This document shows, in pieces, positions 59,437-64,000 of a stretch of 64,000 nt of DNA. Position 1 is the stretch's first letter. The number at the start of each line of letters is the position of its first letter. The translations under genes and the position numbers were made by a program. The stretch lies in the NCBI GenBank assembly GCA_963842085.1, contig CAWJET010000001.1:1376001-1440000 (forward strand), given 5' to 3'. The notes below the pieces were generated by a model. That model ran no database searches. It was not told the DNA's origin and saw only the letters and a list, made by a program, of their open reading frames with translations. Source of the stretch: an uncultured delta proteobacterium (GTDB lineage Bacteria; Desulfobacterota; Binatia; Binatales; Binataceae).

Positions 59437-60606
59437 CTAATGCACTTCGTATCCGGCTACGAACTCGTCCGGTTGATCGGTCCCTTGCTGCTTAATCACG
59501 ATCGTTCCCGATGCGACCGTGTTCGCCGGGAAGAACGTCCTGGGACCGGTCTTCGCGTTGCCTTCCGCGTTGGTTGGCGCAGCGATACCAGTATCCACGT
59601 CGCCGGAATTGTCGAGCGGCCGGAACCACACCTCGTAGTTGGTGCTCGGATTCGCGCCGTTCAGGGTCACGCTGATCTGTCCGCCTGCCTCCACCTGATA
59701 GGAGCCGCTGTCCAGTGGATCGCTCCCGCAAACCAGGTCATCCGGATCGGTCACGCTGGCGCATGGAACCAAGCTCGAGGCGGCGACTTTCGGACGCACG
59801 AACTTCTCATCCACCTTGAATCCCGACACGAACTCGTCGGTGGTGCCGCTCTGCAACACGATTGATCCCGAAGCGATCGTACTCGCCGCGAATTCAGCGG
59901 AATCCAGCAAAGAGGCGTTGCCCGCCTTGTTCGTCGGCCCAACCGTTCCAAGCGCGAAGGTTGTTCCGTCGGGAGCACGCAGGATTGCCGTGTAGCTCGT
60001 GCTCGGCCGCGCGCCGCTCACGTAGATCGCGGTTGCACCGTCGTCGTTTTCAATATCGACGTGGCCCCTCGTCAAAGAATCGCTTCCGCAATTCGCGAGC
60101 GTTCCCGGCACTGTCACGTCCGTGCAGCGCACCAGGGCGGGCTGAGAATCGCGGCCTGACTCGAAACCGTTGCCGGAGATCGTTATCCCGGTCACGAACT
60201 CCGCGCCGCCGCCGCTGCTCAGCACCACGTTGCCGGCGCCGACCGTTCCGAATTTGAAAAATGCGTCCTTTCGAAGCGCGCCGTCGCCGTGGTTGTCGGT
60301 CTTCAGATTGTCGATCGACCTGGTCTGAGTGCCGTCGCCCGAGACAAAACTAACAGCATAGCTGGCGTTGGTCGCAGCCCCGTAGACAATGACCGTGACA
60401 TCCCCTTGATCGCTGATCGTCGCGCCGCCGCGCTTCAGCGGATCCTGGACCGACGCGCAGGTCTTGAGCACAGCCGGCGTCATAACCGATTGGCATTGAA
60501 CCAGCGGTTCGTCGAACGTTTGCGCGCGCGCCATTCCCGCTGCCAGGCAAAGCGCCACTGGCGCGGCGAGCAATGCTGCCGGCCATTTCCGTCGTGTTTG
60601 AAACAT
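59437..60606 (-). CDS. Secreted hypothetical protein with three tandem ~120-aa repeat domains
   Basis: Signal peptide ending ARA; three copies of LVxCxxVxxPxxLxxCxSxxD.LxxG...Y...G...EFVxG. Confidence 0.8.
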   Translation of the reverse strand: MFQTRRKWPAALLAAPVALCLAAGMARAQTFDEPLVQCQSVMTPAVLKTCASVQDPLKRGGATISDQGDVTVIVYGAATNASYAVSFVSGDGTQTRSIDNLKTDNHGDGALRKDAFFKFGTVGAGNVVLSSGGGAEFVTGITISGNGFESGRDSQPALVRCTDVTVPGTLANCGSDSLTRGHVDIENDDGATAIYVSGARPSTSYTAILRAPDGTTFALGTVGPTNKAGNASLLDSAEFAASTIASGSIVLQSGTTDEFVSGFKVDEKFVRPKVAASSLVPCASVTDPDDLVCGSDPLDSGSYQVEAGGQISVTLNGANPSTNYEVWFRPLDNSGDVDTGIAAPTNAEGNAKTGPRTFFPANTVASGTIVIKQQGTDQPDEFVAGYEVH

Positions 60607-60878
60607 ACAGATTCCCCTCCTGCCTGTTCTTCGATTGCCTGCGCAATCGAGTGAAAATTTACGATTCGGAATGTAAGACGAGCGCAACCCCCGGTCTCGT
60701 TTACAGATGACTCGAAAATAATATTGGCCCATCCCGATCGATCCTTCCCAACACGACAGTCAACACGATGCCGTTACCTGAGTAGCCCCGCCATCGCAGC
60801 GGAGGCGTCGCGGCGTGGAGTTGATTCGAGTACGGTGCGCGGATACTTTTGGGTTATCCTTCACAAGAGAGACTAAGG

Positions 60879-60973
60879 GTGTGCGGAAGTAACTAGCTCC
60901 AAAGTTCGTGTTTTGGGACAACGGCTCGCGCGGTTTTTTTCGCTGCGCGCGGGTGTTTTGGTGGAGCAGTTAC
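60879..60973 (+). promoter_or_regulatory. Putative translational attenuator leader (micro-uORF plus RBS-sequestering stem)
   Basis: GTAACT(A)GCTCC at 60889-60900 pairs with GGAGCAGTTAC at 60963-60973, which contains the SD; tiny GTG ORFs overlap the 5' arm. Confidence 0.55.
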
Positions 60974-60974
60974 C

Positions 60975-62477
60975 ATGTTCGTGCGGCTATCAGGTCTTTC
61001 TTTTTCATATACCGATTCCATTTCCACTCTGACCGGCGTGACCCTCACCCTCGCGCCGGGATGGACAGGAGTGGTCGGGCCTAACGGCGCCGGCAAGACG
61101 ACCTTGCTGCGCCTTATCGCGGGCGAGCTCGAGCCGGCGGCCGGTCACATCTATCTGGATCCGCCGCGCGGCGTGATTCGAGCGTGCGCGCAGACCGTCG
61201 AAGCGATGACACCGGAAATCGCCGCGTTTGCGCACGCGAGCGACGGTGTCGCGCGCCGAATCCACGGCGAGTTGCGCCTCGACGCTTTTTCACTGGCACG
61301 ATGGCCGACGTTGTCGCCGGGAGAGCGCAAGCGATGGCAGGTCGGCGCGGCGCTCGGCGCGGAGCCGGCGGTGCTGATGCTCGATGAACCGACCGACCAT
61401 CTTGACGTCGAGGCGCGCGAGCTGCTGATTGCGGGCCTCGAACGCTTTCGCGGCGTCGGGATCGTTGTCTCGCACGATCGCGCGCTGCTTGATCGAATCA
61501 CGAATCATACGGTGCGCGTGCATGACGGCACCGTGCGCATTTGGCGAGGCTCGTACTCCGACGCCAAGCGCGCGTGGGAAGCGGAGGAGCGCGAGCATTA
61601 CGCGGAATACGAACGGCTGAAGCATCAGCGGGAGAACCTGGCGCGCCGCCTCGCCGACCGACGCGCGTTGCAGGCCGCGGCCGCGGCCAATACAACTCGC
61701 AAGCGGATGAAAGGCCCGCGCGATCATGACGCGACCAGCTCGCTGGCAAAAGGGAAGGCGAGGGCGGGCCTGGCGCGACAATCGCACGAGGCAGGAATAC
61801 TTCGGCGCGAAGCGGACCGCGTGTCGGAAAGGCTCGGCGAGTACCGGTTTCGCAAGCCGAAGGGGCGCTCGATTTTCGTCGATTACGTGCCCGCGCCGGT
61901 GGCCAAGGTCTTCACCCTCGACGAGGCGGCGATTTTCGCGGGCGAGGCGCGAATCCTCGAGGACGTCCATCTGGCGGTGCTGCGCGACGCGAAAATTCGG
62001 GTCGCCGGCCCCAATGGAATCGGCAAGAGCACGCTGCTGGCCGCGATGATCCGCGGCGCGCATATCCCGCCCGGACGCACTCTCTACCTGCCCCAGGAAC
62101 TCACGGCGCGCGACGGCGTCGCGATGCTCGACAGGGTCCGCGAGCTCAACCCCGACGATCGCGGCCGCGTGCTTGCGTTGGTCGCGGCGCTGGGCGTCGA
62201 TCCGGACAGGTTGCTCGAGTCGGCCGCGCCGTCGCCCGGCGAGGCGCGCAAGCTCGCCATGGCGTACGGCCTGGGCCGGCAGGTGTGGGCAATGGTGCTG
62301 GACGAGCCGACCAACCATCTGGACATGCCGGCGATCGAGCGACTTGAGGAAGCGCTGGCCGAGTATCCCGGCGCGATGGTGATCGTGACGCATGACGACG
62401 CGCTGGCGAAAAGGTGCACCAGGGTCGAGTGGCGGCTGGATGACGGCCGCGTCGAGGTAGCAGAAGGCCTACATTAA
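60975..62477 (+). CDS. ABC-F family ribosome-associated ATPase
   Basis: Two NBDs (GPNGAGKT/LSPGE/LDEPTDHLD and GPNGIGKS/SPGE/LDEPTNHLD), basic helical linker, no TM helices. Confidence 0.9.
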   Translation: MFVRLSGLSFSYTDSISTLTGVTLTLAPGWTGVVGPNGAGKTTLLRLIAGELEPAAGHIYLDPPRGVIRACAQTVEAMTPEIAAFAHASDGVARRIHGELRLDAFSLARWPTLSPGERKRWQVGAALGAEPAVLMLDEPTDHLDVEARELLIAGLERFRGVGIVVSHDRALLDRITNHTVRVHDGTVRIWRGSYSDAKRAWEAEEREHYAEYERLKHQRENLARRLADRRALQAAAAANTTRKRMKGPRDHDATSSLAKGKARAGLARQSHEAGILRREADRVSERLGEYRFRKPKGRSIFVDYVPAPVAKVFTLDEAAIFAGEARILEDVHLAVLRDAKIRVAGPNGIGKSTLLAAMIRGAHIPPGRTLYLPQELTARDGVAMLDRVRELNPDDRGRVLALVAALGVDPDRLLESAAPSPGEARKLAMAYGLGRQVWAMVLDEPTNHLDMPAIERLEEALAEYPGAMVIVTHDDALAKRCTRVEWRLDDGRVEVAEGLH

Positions 62478-62587
62478 CCTTCCTGGCGCAGCGAAGAATC
62501 GCGCGGGGCGCTTGACACATCGGGTTGTCAGACGGCAGGCTCGATGAGAGCTAGAATCCGGCGACGACCATCGGGCCGGAAGTTCCG

Positions 62588-62923
62588 ATGATATCCAGCT
62601 TTCACAAATGCGGCAGAGCGGGGGCGCGCACCATTGCTACATTCTGCGCCGCGCTGATCCTGGTTTCGCAGCTTATCGGCGTCGCTCATTTTCATGAGGG
62701 CGCGGTCTCGCGCGACGGGGTTGTAACCACCCAGCTCAGCGTGTACGAGGGGCTCTGCCCCATTTGTCAACTCGCGCTCCATGCGCCGGGCTCGCTCGCC
62801 GCGGCGACGACGGTCCAGCGCAGTCCTGCTATCGCCGAGACGATATTCATCGCCGCGCCAATTCGATTCGCGTCGCCCGTCTTCTCGACGGCGCGCGTGC
62901 GTGCTCCTCCCGTATCGCTCTAA
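62588..62923 (+). CDS. DUF2946/CruR-like leader protein (CxxC and C-terminal RAPP)
   Basis: N-terminal hydrophobic helix, AHFHE, CPICQLALH, RVRAPPVSL-stop; directly upstream of a TonB-dependent receptor. Confidence 0.78.
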   Translation: MISSFHKCGRAGARTIATFCAALILVSQLIGVAHFHEGAVSRDGVVTTQLSVYEGLCPICQLALHAPGSLAAATTVQRSPAIAETIFIAAPIRFASPVFSTARVRAPPVSL

Positions 62924-63030
62924 GCCCCCTTTTCGAAAGATTCGATTCTTCTCGTGCGCGCGACCGTTTCGCGCGCCGCCACTCGCGCATCGGAAGCGTG
63001 GGCGGAAACTTGAATGCATGGGAGCTTGCG

Positions 63031-64000
63031 ATGAGAAGGAGTTTCTTTGGGTTGATCTCGGCAGTAGCGATACTGATTCAACTGGCTATTTGCATGCCGG
63101 CACTGGCCGCTAATTTGAAGACTACGGCAACGAAATATCGAGTCACGGGCGTGGTGAAGGACGCGCTCGGCAGACCGCTCAAACAGGCGGCACTGTCTCT
63201 TCAGGGCTCCAACGGGCGGGTCGTGGCTCACTCGACGAGCAACGATGCAGGTGAATTTTCCTTCAGCGAGGTCAGCCGCGGCACCTATGCGGTGGTGGCA
63301 ACCAAGGAGGGATTCAAGACCGCGACCGAGATCGTCACGGTCTCGACCAAGGGCGCGGCGCCGGTGGTGCTTGCGATGGAAGCCGAGAAGGCGGTCAGCC
63401 TGAGGGTCGCGGCAACGCGATTGAATGAGGCGCGCAACTCCTTGTCGCCGAACACAGGTGGCAGCAAATACACGTTTACCCAGCAGGCTATCAATGAATT
63501 GCCGCAGGGCAACAATACGCCTCTAAACCAGGTGATTCTGCAGGCGCCGGGCGTCGCGCAGGATTCGTATGGACAGCTCCACGTCCGCGGTGATCACGCC
63601 AATCTTCAGTACCGGATCAACGGCGTCCAGCTTCCCGAAGGGATCACTGCCTTCGGACAGGTGCTGAGTCCGCGCTTCGCCCAATCGATCAGCCTGCTGA
63701 CTGGAGTCCTGCCGGCAGAATACGGCCTGCGAACGGCCGGGGTCATCGACATCAAGACCAAGGACGGGCTGCTCAACCCGGTCGCCGACGTGGATTTTTA
63801 CGGGGGACAGCGCGGAACGACTCAGCCGAGCTTCGAGTACGGCGGCTCGAAGGGCAACTTCAGCTACTTCGTGACAGGGCAATATCTCGGCACCGATCGC
63901 GGACTCGAGCCGCCAACCTCAGGACCTACCGCGATTCACGATACCAGCAACCAGGGCGCGGGCTTCGGATATTTCTCGTACTTCCTGAATCCGACGACGC
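63031..64000 (+). CDS. TonB-dependent receptor with carboxypeptidase-regulatory-like N-domain (truncated by window end)
   Basis: Translated by hand from ATG 63031: signal peptide, VTGVVKDALG.P, then plug motifs QAPGVAQDSYGQLHVRGDH...YRINGV, PAEYGLRTAGVIDIKTK; absent from the ORF track because no stop falls in the window. Confidence 0.92.
   Translation, partial: MRRSFFGLISAVAILIQLAICMPALAANLKTTATKYRVTGVVKDALGRPLKQAALSLQGSNGRVVAHSTSNDAGEFSFSEVSRGTYAVVATKEGFKTATEIVTVSTKGAAPVVLAMEAEKAVSLRVAATRLNEARNSLSPNTGGSKYTFTQQAINELPQGNNTPLNQVILQAPGVAQDSYGQLHVRGDHANLQYRINGVQLPEGITAFGQVLSPRFAQSISLLTGVLPAEYGLRTAGVIDIKTKDGLLNPVADVDFYGGQRGTTQPSFEYGGSKGNFSYFVTGQYLGTDRGLEPPTSGPTAIHDTSNQGAGFGYFSYFLNPTT

Overview
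This is a GC-rich bacterial chromosomal segment of mostly housekeeping genes, probably near the replication origin because it carries a near-consensus parS site. Gene style suggests Candidatus Binatota or a related deltaproteobacteria-like lineage, but that is inference. Housekeeping genes include lexA, thiL, larB, ppdK, glyQS, glnB, plsY, tRNA-Pro(CGG), rlpA, priA-def-fmt-rsmB, aroCKB, lspA-ileS and a comM/yifB ATPase. Accessory genes include three histidine kinases, an NtrC-type activator, a hicBA toxin-antitoxin pair, two pairs of class III CoA-transferases, a desaturase/PaaX pair, an ABC-F ATPase and a TonB-dependent receptor truncated by the window end. No CRISPR array, prophage or transposase was seen. 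The most notable items are: (1) a coupled LuxE-like / LuxC-like / class III aminotransferase operon without luciferase, a possible acid-to-aldehyde-to-amine pathway; (2) a CxxC/RAPP leader protein of the CruR/DUF2946 type ahead of the TonB-dependent receptor; (3) an attenuator-like leader on the ABC-F gene; (4) an fmt gene lacking a canonical start codon where one is expected; (5) a candidate direct-repeat LexA box; (6) a family of dispersed palindromic repeats; (7) a secreted protein built of three Cys-paired repeat domains. All calls come from reading motifs by eye; no database searches were run.
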